Positions 38,144 through 51,240 of a stretch of 64,000 nucleotides of DNA are shown piece by piece. Origin of the DNA: Octopus sinensis (Eukaryota); assembly GCF_006345805.1 (NCBI RefSeq), contig NC_042998.1, forward strand, positions 71,920,001-71,984,000, written 5' to 3'. A program made the translations under genes and the position numbers. Within the stretch, counting starts at the first letter, position 1, and every line of letters begins with the position of its first letter. The notes beneath the pieces are model-generated. The model did no database searches and was not told where the DNA came from. It saw nothing but the letters and a program-made list of their open reading frames with translations.

Positions 38144-39289
38144 TTTTATGTATGTGTGTATGTCTGTATATGCATAAGTATAAATATATTATTGGATATA
38201 TGATAATGCTTTTACTGTTTTAAATTAAAGAAAAATAATAAAAATAGCTTTAATATTCATATTATATTAAATAAATTTATTGAAGGTCATTGAAATTAAC
38301 AATAATATTATTAATTGTAGATTACCAACTCTGCATATACATCGAAGAGATATTCCTCAACGGTGTTGGCGATTAAACTAGTGAAATTTCGGATATAATG
38401 ATCCCATATGAGGATAAGATATCCTCATATTGACACAGAGACAGAGAGAGGGAGTAGAGAGGGAGATAGATAGATAGGTAGATAGATAGATGGATAGGTA
38501 GGTATGTATGTATTTAGGTATTATACACGTATTGTATTTGGTGGTTTGGTGCACATAACTAGTCTTACAGCTGCCTTACATTGTCGATGTTATGTAGTAT
38601 GTGGTCAATCAAATAAATCATGTTTGTATATATGCTTAATATTTATAAATATATAGAAATATAAATTCACATATTCTTTTTCGTTTTTAATAGGGAAAGA
38701 ATAATGTTTCCTTATACATATTGCCTACAGGTAAATAATGTTGGAAGATTTTATTAAAATTCATTAAAAAAAAATTTTTTATAGCTGAAGCTTAAATTGT
38801 TACTTCCTGAATCCATTTGAAATTTCTATTTTCGAATTCTATTTTGCATATTTTTGTGCGGGTTTGTATGCTCTATTCTGTTTTTAATTATTCAGTTTCT
38901 TTCTCTGTGGAGAGAGCTAGATTCTAACGAAAAAACAAACCTCTATAATTGGAATGTGAATAACGAAAACAATGTCACATTTTAAACTTGAAAAATGTTT
39001 CATACGATATCCTACAACTTACAGGTTGTATTTGTAATACGCGAATTTGTTGAATAATTTCTTTTTACTGAACATCTAGGTGACAGTCATAAAACCAGTA
39101 ATTATTGCTATAACTGGATGGTGAAGCAGGAGGTTTCGAATCAGTCGTCTATTGTTATTTTCTTTCTCGATTGACCTCTGTGACTATATACATTTCCTTG
39201 TTTTCTCAAACACCAATATCTGGACTGGTATGCATATAACTGACAGATGTTTTGATGAGAGTTTTCCACCAGTATTTTTGTGTTGCTGT

Positions 39290-39605
39290 TTGTGCGAGCT
39301 GACACTCTGTCCGTTATGCTGACGATGGTTCCAGATGATCCGATTAACAGAATATCCTGCCTTGAAGTTAACGGTAACTAGCTGAGCACTCACACCCACG
39401 CGCCTACCCATAACATAATTTTCAGGGAGATTCAGCCGGACACAAAATGTAACAAAGCTGGCCCTGTGAATTACAACTGATTTTTGCCAGCTGAGTGGAC
39501 TGGAGCAACACGAAATAAGGTGTCTTGCGCAAAGAACACAATGCACCACCGGAATTCGAAGTGACGACCTTAAAATCATGACCCATTGTACGGATAAGTG
39601 CAACT
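39290..39605 (-). mobile_element. tRNA-derived SINE, degenerate
   Basis: 3' portion is homologous to the SINE at 56359-56742; central block is shared with 21620-21872. Confidence 0.7.
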
Positions 39606-39651
39606 GGGGGGGGGAGTTCGAAGATGTTATTTAATTTTGTTCCACATATCA

Positions 39652-39696
<45 letters not shown>

Positions 39697-39824
39697 CACA
39701 TATATATATATATATGGCCACAGTCATTGGACTGAAACATATAAAAGCATATATATATATATATGAATTCGAACCTTGTTGTTGGGAAGCAAGGTTCTTA
39801 TCACACAGCCACAACATATGTATA

Positions 39825-40338
39825 TCTATATATATAAAACTGTAGTTGTGTGAGTGTCTTTCCCCTTCGATTTAGATTCCTAACTACTCCCACATTTTGC
39901 GGTGCAGTTTAACCAAATTCGGGTATCTTATAGTCGTGATTCATATCGAGCCCGTCTGAGTATTAGCGCGCGTCTACAATGAGTCTACGATTTTAAAAAT
40001 AATTTAACATCATTTTTTTATTCCATTTTAATGCATAATTTTTCGTGTGTCGATGGCGGCGGAGTTGGCGTCCATGGTCACAGCTGCACCTGTTTGCTTC
40101 TCCCCCTACTTCCCTCCCTCGTGAAGCTGTGGGGAAGGGAGTGTAAGGAAATCAACGCCGTAAAGCGTTGTCAAGGAGACCAGCGTTCTTTTAGAACAAC
40201 GACTTCTTGGCTTGAAGACCCCAAAACAGAAATGGCTAAGAAAGCCCGAATTGGCATCTATAAGGGAAGTAACTCTCTAAAAATGCTTATATAGTTATTT
40301 CCCTTACAAACCCGAGCAACGACGGGCGATACTGCTAG
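39825..40338 (+). mobile_element. Non-autonomous Helitron, copy 1 of a head-to-tail dimer
   Basis: A|TCTATATATAT start, CCCG-agcaacga-CGGG hairpin, CTAG end. Confidence 0.92.
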
Positions 40339-40851
40339 TCTATATATATAAAACTGTAGTTGTGTGAGTGTCTGTCCCCTTCGATTTAGATTCCTAACTA
40401 CTCCCACATTTTGCGGTGTAGTTTAACCAAAGTCGGGTATCTTATAGTTGTGATTCATATCGAGCCCGTCTGGCTATTAGCGCGCGTCTACGATGAGTCT
40501 ACGATTTAAAAATAATTTAGCATAATTTTTTATTCCATTTTAATGCATAATTTTTCGTGTGTCGATGGCGGCGGAGTTGGCGTCCATGGTCACACCTGCA
40601 CCTGTGTTGCTTTTCCCCCTTCTTCCCTCCCTCGTGAAGATGTGGGGAAGGGAGTGTAAGGAAATCAACGTCGTAAAGCGTTGTCAAGGAGACCAGCGTT
40701 CTTTTAGAACAACGACTTCATGGCTTGAAGACACCAAAACAGAAATGGCTAAGAAAGCCCGAATTGGCATCTATAAGGGAAGTAACTCTCTAAAAATGCT
40801 TATATAGTTATTTCCCTTACAAACCCGAGCAACGCCGGGCGATACTGCTAG
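40339..40851 (+). mobile_element. Non-autonomous Helitron, copy 2 of a head-to-tail dimer
   Basis: TC start directly after the CTAG of copy 1; hairpin; CTAG|T end. Confidence 0.92.
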
Positions 40852-41386
40852 TATATATATATATATATGTGTGTGTATGTGTGTGAGTGTGTGTATGTAT
40901 GTATGTGTGTGTGTGTGTGTCTTTGTGTTTCTGGTTGTTTTACTATCACCACTTGGCAATCGGTATTGTTGTGTTTACATCAGAGGAGCATAGCAGTTCG
41001 GCTAAAGATGACGAGATAATTCTCCACAACATTTGACAGAAAGTATTCAGAGCATTGAATGTTTCGTACTGTCAATAGACTTGTTCACTCAACCGTGTCA
41101 GCCTTAACTTCTAACGCCTAAGATTTTCACTTAGCATTAACACACGGGGAACCTGCAAAAATTTCTAAGGGCAGTCATGTGATTATCCTATAACAATCAA
41201 GTGCCATCCAAAACATATATGTTAATTTGACTCATATAGTCCTTATAAATATAGAACAAGTTTCAAAGACTAGTTAGAATCAAGACAGTTGCGACACAAC
41301 CCACGTCTTTCAATCTCAACTTTTGAAAATCAGTGTAAGCCGGGAAACCGATCAAATCTTTAAATATAATAAAAAGATAGATAGAT

Positions 41387-41457
41387 AGAACGCTAGAACG
41401 CTAGAAAGATAGATTGATAGATCGAGCAATCGATCGATCGATAGATAGATAGAGAGG

Positions 41458-41511
<54 letters not shown>

Positions 41512-41516
41512 CATAA

Positions 41517-41585
<69 letters not shown>
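41387..41585. repeat. (ATAG)n tetranucleotide microsatellite
   Basis: Directly visible. Confidence 0.95.
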
Positions 41586-44500
41586 AGAGAATATGGACCG
41601 ATAAGATTTTATGCATATCAGTATTACTCCAATTGTTTCTATGCATCATAATCAGATGATAATTGCTAAATTTTATATGTATGCACAATACTGCATTAGC
41701 CTAATTCATCAAAATCTTTCTACATGCGCAATCTCTGGTAACTGAATCAAAACGCTGCTACATCATCTTTAGTTTCACCACATTTTATGCCCGTGCCGAA
41801 ACACTATTTTTAGTATTCCTCAGATAAAGGGGAAAATGGAAATACAAAGACACACAAATAAAAAAAGACAACAAAAATGAAATAATTCTTGTATTTTATT
41901 ATTTTCTCATTTGTATCTCTTTTACTTCCTTGCTACTGTTTCTCAAACGAATAGTAAAAATAGTATTTTGGTATGAGTATAAAATGTAGGGAAATTGAAG
42001 ATAGTATAAACTTTCTTTGACTCTTCTCACCTGTGGATGTGCTTGTATAGAGCGATTGTTGAATCATGTAATATCCAGCCATTAACATCTAATAATAGTG
42101 TGTTGAAATATTTGTAGTGATTTATAATAAGACCTGTTCATTTCATTTTCATGTGCTAAACTTTTTTTTCCGTTTATACTTTACGGATATGTGCAATATA
42201 TCTGCTAAAATCTGTCATCAATCGCTCACAGTTTAATGTAAGCTTTCAGCATCTTGGAGTGGCCAGAAGCTAACTACTTTATTTTACATATAAATTTTCT
42301 CCTCCTTGCGTTATTGAACCGGCGTTAACGACACAAAACAAACTAGCTGATATTAACCATTGAAAAATCTAATACAATTTTCTATCACTCTCCCTGAATA
42401 TAATATAGATGATTATATCTCAAAAGACAATCGCTTAAGCACATACATATCCAAATCCTGAATAAATGACTATGATTTTCCGATGGGATACTCTGGAATT
42501 TTATCATCAATTCTTCATCGCCACAAGACGTATTCGAAAAGAAAAGAGAACAGGATGGTATGTTCCATAAGCTCATCATTAGTTATTCTGATATACGCAT
42601 GTATACTTCATATTTTAATCACTAAACGTTTAATTTTACATCACCAGTGGCAAGTGAGCACAAGGTCAAATTTCCAAAGCTTCTAGACAGATGCAATAAA
42701 TGAAGGTTTAACTTTGGAGTATTTACTATCCAACTGGCCTCCTACCCGAACAGAGATAAATCTGAGGATTCTGCGAAACAAATATAAATACTCCTTTATA
42801 TTCCCTGTCAATGATATACAGAAACTACTCGACTGACTATTGGCTAGCATGACGTCATCACAATATACACCCTAAATATCATTAAGACATAGTATACACG
42901 TTACATTACGTGACAACGTCTGTTCAGTCATTTACTGGTGATAATAAAAACTTCCACAGCTGACATTATCTGACAATATTTCGTGTACTATTGATACAAG
43001 GAGTATACGGAAACTGAGTAGTGATAGTCTTTCCAACTGTATTGCAACAATTTTCTTTTACTAGTTCGTGATTCTATTCGTTTGACTTCTCCTTACAGGC
43101 CGCTGCTATGTTCTTTATGAATTATCTATGTGGCTCTTCAGTTCACCAATAAATATTTTCATTTTCTTAGTACAGTGCTAACCATGTAGTCTTTTGAACA
43201 CAAGGTTTTACTGAAATTAATATCCATTGCTGTTCCTGCAACTCGTATGATTCCCTAATTTCTTCATATTTTCGGCATTTATTTCATGTCCGAACTACAA
43301 TATTACTTTCTTAAAGCACACAAATGTAAATGACGAAACCATGTTTTCTTGAAATACGAACATACCATTAAGGAACCTATGACTTGGGAACAGGGACTCC
43401 TGTCTCTAATCCATCCGCAGCTCCTAGTCAAGTCAATTCAGAATTATTCCTTTCAGCATTATTTTTTTATTTAAACCGCCCGTTTATATTTGCACAGTAC
43501 CATTCAAAATTACTGTTTCAGTGCAGCGATTAAACTTAACTAACAAGAAACTTGTGTGCCCACCTTGCCTAGCATAAACAATATTCATGACAAACAGTCT
43601 TGTCTAAACTTTGTCATATACGGGAGTACATATTTTCACAGCTGTCGGAGGAAATTATACTGTGACTGATTAATTTTCCACACGACACATCATATCTCCT
43701 TGTCACCTGAATTCCATGACTCTCATACTCATTGGATATCCAACCTTACAGAATTGTTCCATATTCCTAATCTTCAATATAGCGAATTATCATCACAGTT
43801 CCTCTCACTGTTATTTTGGCAGTATATATAATTTTGTCCGGTATAAATTTGTGTTAATGTCTTTTCCCGCAATATCTTAACCGTTTCAATTGCGTTTAAT
43901 ATTTTACAAAGCCTTTTTTCTGATCATTAACAGGTTTTTCTACGCTGTTTCGTGCCATACAGTCAATAATATTCGCAAGTTTGTAGATCGTGTTACACGA
44001 CATGTAGACAAACTTTTGCTACTATAAACCTTTCTCCTAGTGGTGTTAAATCCAGCTGGATGTTGACAGTTGTGCTATTCAGATACTTTTTGTGAAGTGC
44101 GGCAGACATACAAACTCGTGAGAATTTTACCGAATCTGATTTCAAAGCTAATACCGAAGCAGTAGGATACATTGAAGTAAAGAAATAGATCCCATTTTAA
44201 AACACAACATTATCTTCATATAAATAGCTTTCTCAATCATGTCCCCAACCGCACCTGGAAAGTGATCCAAGACAAACCCAAAATAGTCAAATTATGTTTG
44301 CAAGAAGCAGACGGGAGGGAGTAATTTTATATACATATACAGAATGATACTACAGAAGAATGTTGGATAGATAGTAGAATATATGTGTTAAATGATTCTG
44401 TAGCAAATGCCAATTCTTAGACAACAGATTCAGAAGAATTTAATGAAGTATACAATTAACAAATGCCTTACTGAAAATTTATCGTTTTCTCTCACATTCA

Positions 44501-45404
44501 CTCAAAATAATCCCTAATCAACTCAGTTACAATTCTATTAAGGATCATTGTCTGTGACGCCAGAAACGTAACTGCATTTGATAATTTATAGATAAAACAA
44601 ACAGGTTTATAGTACATATGGCCTCAGTAAAAAATTCGTAATTCATTTGAGCAACTAGTAACTTCTTAATTATCTCGAATAACTTAATAATCATTACTAA
44701 ATACAAAACGCACACAGAAAGAAAATTTCCAACGGTATTTGCAGTCACTCAGAGATCTCACGAAGATAATTAGGCAAAATCATTTTTTCTTCTGCAAATA
44801 CTTAAAATAGTATGTGGCTGTTTTATGGACTTTCGAGCTTGCATAATCCGCTACATGCTCATAATAAAATCAACACATCAAACCGAGAAGTGACATAACT
44901 GCCCAAATATTTTATATGCTGTACATTTTTTTTTTAAAAATTGAATGAAAATGAAAGCAATAAAATGATATTTATAATATATCATTCTGTGTTTATTTTA
45001 TCATGGAGAGAGATTAAATGTGAATGTGCACAGGGATCATCTATCAGTAATCCACTGAATTCACTATATGGCACGAATAAATTTTCAAAACGTTGTGCAG
45101 AAAATCTGCGCAATTTGATAACGGATAGATTCTGTTGATGAATTGCAATAGCATACACATGAAAAGTAAATCAATATTTATGTATGAGATAAAGATCACT
45201 GTTGACGGCTTGACGAGATCAGTATGCGGTTTCAATATACTGTTAAATCAATTTTCTTTATATCGCAGACATTATTGTGAAAAGACTTAAATTTTCTCAG
45301 TGTTTTTGCATTTCGTTAAGAAGGAACAATATGTATATTTTAATGTAAGCCGACGAAATTATTCTCCCTTTGCAATAATGCTTTAAATGCCATCGTTAAT
45401 GTAA

Positions 45405-45485
<81 letters not shown>

Positions 45486-46119
45486 GTGTCTGCCTGTTTA
45501 AAATATGTGTTTGAGTATATATGCCTCTTTCTAGGTGTTGGAATCTGGAAGAAAAGAAAATATACATAATGCATAATGCACACCATCATTTTATATATAG
45601 AAATATTCCCACAGTAAAATCATATATATTGTCAAAACAGCATATTTTACTATGGCCATAAGGTCAGAAATTTCATTGAAGTGCGATACTCGAATGCATT
45701 TACCGTTTTAAATAAATGGTGTATTAGTTTATCGAACACCGAAATTAAATATAATGCTTCTTTCTATTTTAACTGAAAATGCAGCATGGTAAAGAATTCC
45801 AACATTACATGTCAGAAATTATAGCAACCTCCATTTCACAAGATGTTTAATGCTAGTATACAACAGTTGCACTAAAACGTATCCGTGCTTAAGTGAATAG
45901 CCTGTGCAACAGAGTACTTGAACCGGTATTGTTACCATAAAGAATATCTGGCCATGCTCTACTTTCCGTTTCTATTTCTGTAGACGGAAAATGGTAACCG
46001 ATTTCATAAAGCTGTCAAAGCTGAGTGTTATCTCCTGATGAAATTTTCTAACTTCCTGGCATCGTATTATCTGCAATCGACTAAGAATGTCCTGATGAAA
46101 TAACTATATTTCCCTTATA

Positions 46120-46522
46120 TACTCTTTGCTCTTTTTACTCTCTCACTTGTTTCAGTCATTTGACTGTCGCCATGCTAGAGCAGCGCATTTAGCCGATCAA
46201 ATAGTACTTATTCTATCAAACTCTTTTGCATAACCGCTAAGTTACGGGGACGTGAACACACCAACATCGGTTATCAAGCGATGGTGGGGGGGGTGGACAA
46301 ACACAGACACACAAACATACACACACACACATGCATATATATATATATATTCACATATACGAGAGGCTTCTTTCAGTTTCCGTCAACCAAAACCACTCAT
46401 AAGGCGTTGGTTGGACCGAGGCTATAGTAGAAGACACTTGCCCAAGCTGCCACGCAGTGGGAATGAACCCGGAACCATGTGGTTGGTAAGCAAGCTAATT
46501 ACCACACAGCCACTCCTGCGCC
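46120..46522 (-). mobile_element. tRNA-derived SINE (same family as 35686-36140)
   Basis: Collinear similarity, including the head GGCGCAGGAGTGGCTGTGTGG and the tail CAGTCAAATGACTG. Confidence 0.88.
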
Positions 46523-47829
46523 TGTGAATCATTAAATCTAAACTTGACATTCATTATTTCATCAGCATTACTGGAAGGTTTATCAGGAGGAGTATAAGTA
46601 ATTTGACAACATCTAACCTAACAGAGCCTTTTTGAGAGTAAAACATGAGTACGTGTTTAAACAATAAATCTCTGTTTAATAAAGTGGATGTTTCAAAGAT
46701 TGTTTATGTGATTTAACACTACACCACTTCTGAGGGAACAGATGCTGCATGAAATGTTTGCCTTTCATGATATCTAGTTCCTTACCTAATTGCATGGCAA
46801 GGAATTTAACATATTCCCTAAACACGACTAAATTGAGGTTTAATGGAGATTCATTTGGCGTTTCTCACAAAATCACAAATTAGCACGAAAGAGAACCAGT
46901 AACGTGTCAGGGCTTTATCATAGTTAAGTATACACATTACCAAAATGTTTATCGTCTTGGCCCGAAATCAATACATAAATATTACATGGCACATGAGCTA
47001 TTTCAGTGTGATAGAAATAGACCAAAATTAATGTGCTGTCAGTAGGAATGAGTTCATTAAATTTAATTTTTAATTAATTTGTGTTATTTAATTTCAATAG
47101 TTAATAGAGTTTGGCCAATAGTTGTCTGTGTGTCATTGCAATTTCTTATTCTGCTATTCTGTTGTATATATTGTATGCAAGTTGTTTAATAAACCGGCTC
47201 AATATCACTTTCACAATCTCTGCTGAATCGGTGAATTTATTTGGCGAGACTTGTGTAATTAATGTTCTTGGGACAGTAGTCATCACACTCTTCAAATACA
47301 TTGCACACATATATATATAAATAGAGATATAGCTATTCATATACAAAGAGCGATTTGATAGTTCATAAAGTTATTAAAGGACCTATCTTTCAACATATTA
47401 TTATATGAATATGTGGATATGCATGGGTAGGTTCAGTACGGCCGTATGTTTGAAGGATAACTTCAGAAACACAAGATTTCACCTCCGATATTTTGTTTAG
47501 CATCTGAAGTAAATGCTATTTGCCATAGCCTCTACTCAACATGTGAGCGAAATTGAGATCAGGTGAATTGCTTACAAGTTCATCGGCTTCAATGTATTAC
47601 CTATTCAGCCTTGCCATGGTATACAATTCTGAATCAGTCTCCGATTTATGCAAAGGGCGCATGTGTCAGTAGAAGGTTCTTCGCAAATGCACATTAATTC
47701 AATTGCGTAATTAAATTATTGAATACGCATAATAGAAATCCGCGGACATCGCATACATACAATATCCATGCATAAATACATACATATGTAAATATATGCA
47801 CGTGTGTGCGCATATATATATACATATAT

Positions 47830-47862
<33 letters not shown>

Positions 47863-47950
47863 CACATATACATATACATATAGGCACACACACATATAAG
47901 TGTCTGTAAATATGTCTATAGCAAAAATCGCTTATATGTTTCTGAGTATA

Positions 47951-49183
47951 CGAGGACATACCCAAAAGTAATTGGAGAAGTCATCCGTTGTAGTTCAGTC
48001 TTCCGTTGCTAGAGGTCATTTGATGCGACCCCCTGGCATCAATCTGCCAACCAGCGTAATCGAGTGAAATCGTACTGCCACGTGGTGCGTTTTGTGTTGC
48101 AGTTCTTTTCACCTGTTCGTTGATTTTTGTGATGACTGAAACGAACGAACAGCTCGCTTCCATGAAATTCAGGTTTCTGGTTGGGTAAACGGCGGCCGAA
48201 ACAGTTGGCAGGCTTCAAACTCATTCCGAGGACGCTGCCATGAGAGAAACACACGTTTCAGGTTTAAGAATGTTCACTTATTGCTTGAAGACCAACCTCA
48301 TTCAGGGCAAACGTCGAATTTCCGAACGAATGAAAAACATCGCGAAAATTCAGGAACTGATCTTGGACGAATTTCTCCGACCGATTCAGGACATTAGTGA
48401 TATGACAGGTGTAACTTGAAGCGCCTGCCAATGACTTTCGACAGAGGAGTTGCAAATAAAAAGCAAAATTTGTGCCTCGCTTGCTCACTGAGGATCAAAA
48501 GCAGTCACGACTCAGTGCGTGTCGTGAACTGAAAGAAGGGTTGGAAGTTGATCCGAACGTTTTCCCGATAGTCATCACTGGGGATGAAAGCTGGTGCTAC
48601 GGCTACGACCTGGAAACGAAGCAGTAATCAAATCAATGGAAGCATTCATTGTCACTCCACCCAAATTTCTTTCATCTATACGGAAGTTTTGCCACATAGA
48701 ATTTGTTCCTCCTGCTAAAACTGCTAACCAGACGTTTACTTGGCAATTTTGAGGCGTTTGCGAGGCGCGGTGCTACGAAAACGCCCTGATCTATGGCAAA
48801 GTGGAATGTGATGGTTTCATAACTGTAATGCACCTGCGCGCACCGTCTTGGATGTGAAACAGATTTTGTCAAAAATGACATGACCTCGGTTACCCCCGAC
48901 CCTAGTTGCCCAGTCTTGGTCCCTAAAATTTTTTCTCTTCTTCCGAGTGAAAGAATCCTTAAAGAAAAACGTTTTGCAAATGTAGAAGTGAAGTAAATAA
49001 CAACAGAAGCATTAAAAGGCATCACTTCGCACATGGTCCACGATTGTTTCGAACAGTGGAAAACGTGTCTGGACCGATGCATTGCTTCAAAAGAGAATAC
49101 GTTGAAGGCAATAAAATTGTAATTGTAAAACTAATTGAATAAAATAATATTTCAAAATTCCGATTTATTTTGCGTAAGCCACG
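47951..49183 (+). mobile_element. Mariner DNA transposon, near full length, degenerate
   Basis: TA-flanked imperfect TIRs (CGAGGACATACCCAAAAG.. / ..TTTTGCGTAAGCCACG); AKFVPRLLTEDQKQSRL, VITGDESWCYGYDLETK, HIEFVPP. Confidence 0.88.
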
Positions 49184-49304
49184 TATATTGATATATTTCT
49201 ATCTATGTATCTATTTATCTATTTACCTGTGTGTATCTTTGTGCGTGTGTGAGCATATACATACATACATACACACACATATATATATATATATATAACA
49301 TATT

Positions 49305-49610
49305 TTACCTTTTACTTGTTTCAGTCACTTTACAGCAGTAAAGTTGCATGGCTTTCAAGGATTTCAGTTTAGCAAGTCGACCCCAGAGCCTGTTGATTCT
49401 AAGCCTTGTAGTACTTATTCTATCGGACTTTATTTTTACCGAACCACTCAGTTACGGGGATGTAAATACACCAACACCGATTGGCAAATGTAGACACAAA
49501 GGCATACACAGATATGTATAGGCTTCTTTCAGTTACCGTCTAACAATCCACTGACAGGGCTTTAATAGTCCATAAGCTATAGCTGAAGAGATTTATTCAA
49601 TTCGTCACGC
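49305..49610 (-). mobile_element. SINE (35686 family), degenerate and 5'-truncated
   Basis: ttttacttgtttcagtca..., gtacttattctatcgg, accgaacc, ggcttctttcagtt blocks. Confidence 0.7.
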
Positions 49611-50099
49611 GTACATGAATGTGTGTGTGCCTATATATATACTAAATGATTCTTTCTTCATGAGCAAAGTTCATTTACTACGGAATACTGCGAAGGTTTT
49701 AGAAGAATCTTTAAAAAACGTATTCGTGCTTTACAGCTGGTTCAACACTTATTACAATATTCTTACCTAACTTCTCAAAGTATAGGAATTTGGAGCTGTA
49801 TTTGCGATGTTTTTATAGTTCATTTAGGACAATATTCCGCTTTGGTCACGTTTAGGTAGAAATAATGGTAATGCCACATCTGTTATGTCACACTATCGTA
49901 AAATGGAAGAAATAAATTGGATATTGTAATGTTGGAAAAACTAGATATGGTTATGTGAGCAAAGCTAACGCATACAATTCTCTGTTACAAGACAATATAT
50001 ATTCACGTTATATCCTTCCTGGAATCGTACTTCAAGCACCTTAATATGTAGTTAACTTTTTTCTTTGCACACAAGCACTCGGGAGATATTTCATACTTT

Positions 50100-51031
50100 A
50101 ACGCAGTTCTGCCCTGAGAGTGGAGAATCAAAACTAACATTACTGATAGGCAAAAATGCAGCGAAAACCTCTTGGGAGATATGGATTGCAAACGCAGATG
50201 TTCCTGAGGAACGTAGGTGCTAGGAGTATTTTTCTAGATTTCGATCAGGAAATTTTTCGATTCTCTTTACACCCCACACTGGCCATCCATATGTGATTAA
50301 TATCGATAAAATGAAGTCGTAAGTCGATACCAACACCCGTTACATAACCAGGGCCTAAACTTGATTATGTGATCAGGTCGATGTTCGATTCCCGTATTAA
50401 TTGAATGAGAATAACCTGCAGAAACCTGAAGAAAACGATAATTTTTAGAGTGAATTGTGAACAGAATACGGGGAAGTAGCTTGTCTATAACAATTTGAAG
50501 CACAAACGATCATGTAGGAAGCATAGCGAACCAACACAAACAACCTACAACGTAGTACTTCAAATATGGTTATACTTTCAGTTTGGTCATAATGGACGGA
50601 TGTTGACGTTTTGGAGCTTCTTCCAACGAACATAACAATCAATACAGTTGTGTACTGTGACATACTGCAAAATTAAATGCAATAATACACATGAAACGTA
50701 CAGCAATTGCTAATTGTTAGGATAATGTCTTTCCTAACGACAACGCCAGAACGCACTCTTCTGCGAACTTTAGCTGCACCTTCCAGATTTGCCCGACCTT
50801 GCGCCTTTATACGCCATAAAGATGTAAAAAAAAAAAAATACTTGGAAGAGTTTTTCGCCAGCAAATGAAGAAAGTCTTTGAGGAGGGAATAATAAATCTG
50901 TCCAGGAGACGGCGGAAGATAAGTGAACGAAACGGTAATTTTATCCTTGAGTGGAGAAATGGATTTGTGTTTAAAACCTCTGTGTTATTTTCGATGAAAA
51001 AAAAACACCAATGCACTTTTGACCAACCAAA
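50100..51031 (+). mobile_element. Mariner remnant (5' boundary approximate)
   Basis: GKNAAKTSWEI...ERRC*EYFSRFRSGNF; ELLPTNITIN; DNARTHS; PDLAP; 3' TIR-like CTTTTGACCAACCAAA|TA. Confidence 0.75.
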
Positions 51032-51034
51032 TAA

Positions 51035-51240
51035 TTGGATCTGGTGGTACGCATACACCATTCGGATGATAGCCCATATGCGAAACCTAAATCCTACAGC
51101 GAGCTGCAACATGGAAGTCGTCGAGGAAACACGCATTCCCATGAAATTCATCAAAACTTACGACCAAAAAATTTAGATAATGCGCGTTGTTGGGATGCAA
51201 TTGAATGGGAGCGACACAACAGCAATGTTGTCAGAATATA
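51035..51240 (+). mobile_element. Degenerate RTE-like 3' fragment
   Basis: PKSYSELQHGSRRG...WDAIEWER resembles the RTE PKxLLYSELxxGxR...WE block. Confidence 0.4.

Noticed and set aside
38380-38430. 11-bp perfect hairpin ATATGAGGATA aga TATCCTCATAT near a GAAA on the minus strand
   Set aside because: No CUGANGA core; could be a decayed pLTR or a chance AT-rich palindrome.
42400-42560. Strong donor-like GATG|GTATGT and other isolated splice-like sites (also about 57030, 59245, 60710)
   Set aside because: No open frame from a credible acceptor and no recognisable peptide.
42700-44200. Possible very old LINE on the minus strand (RKHGF, AMDINFSKT)
   Set aside because: Only two weak motif echoes and no collinear chain I could verify by eye.
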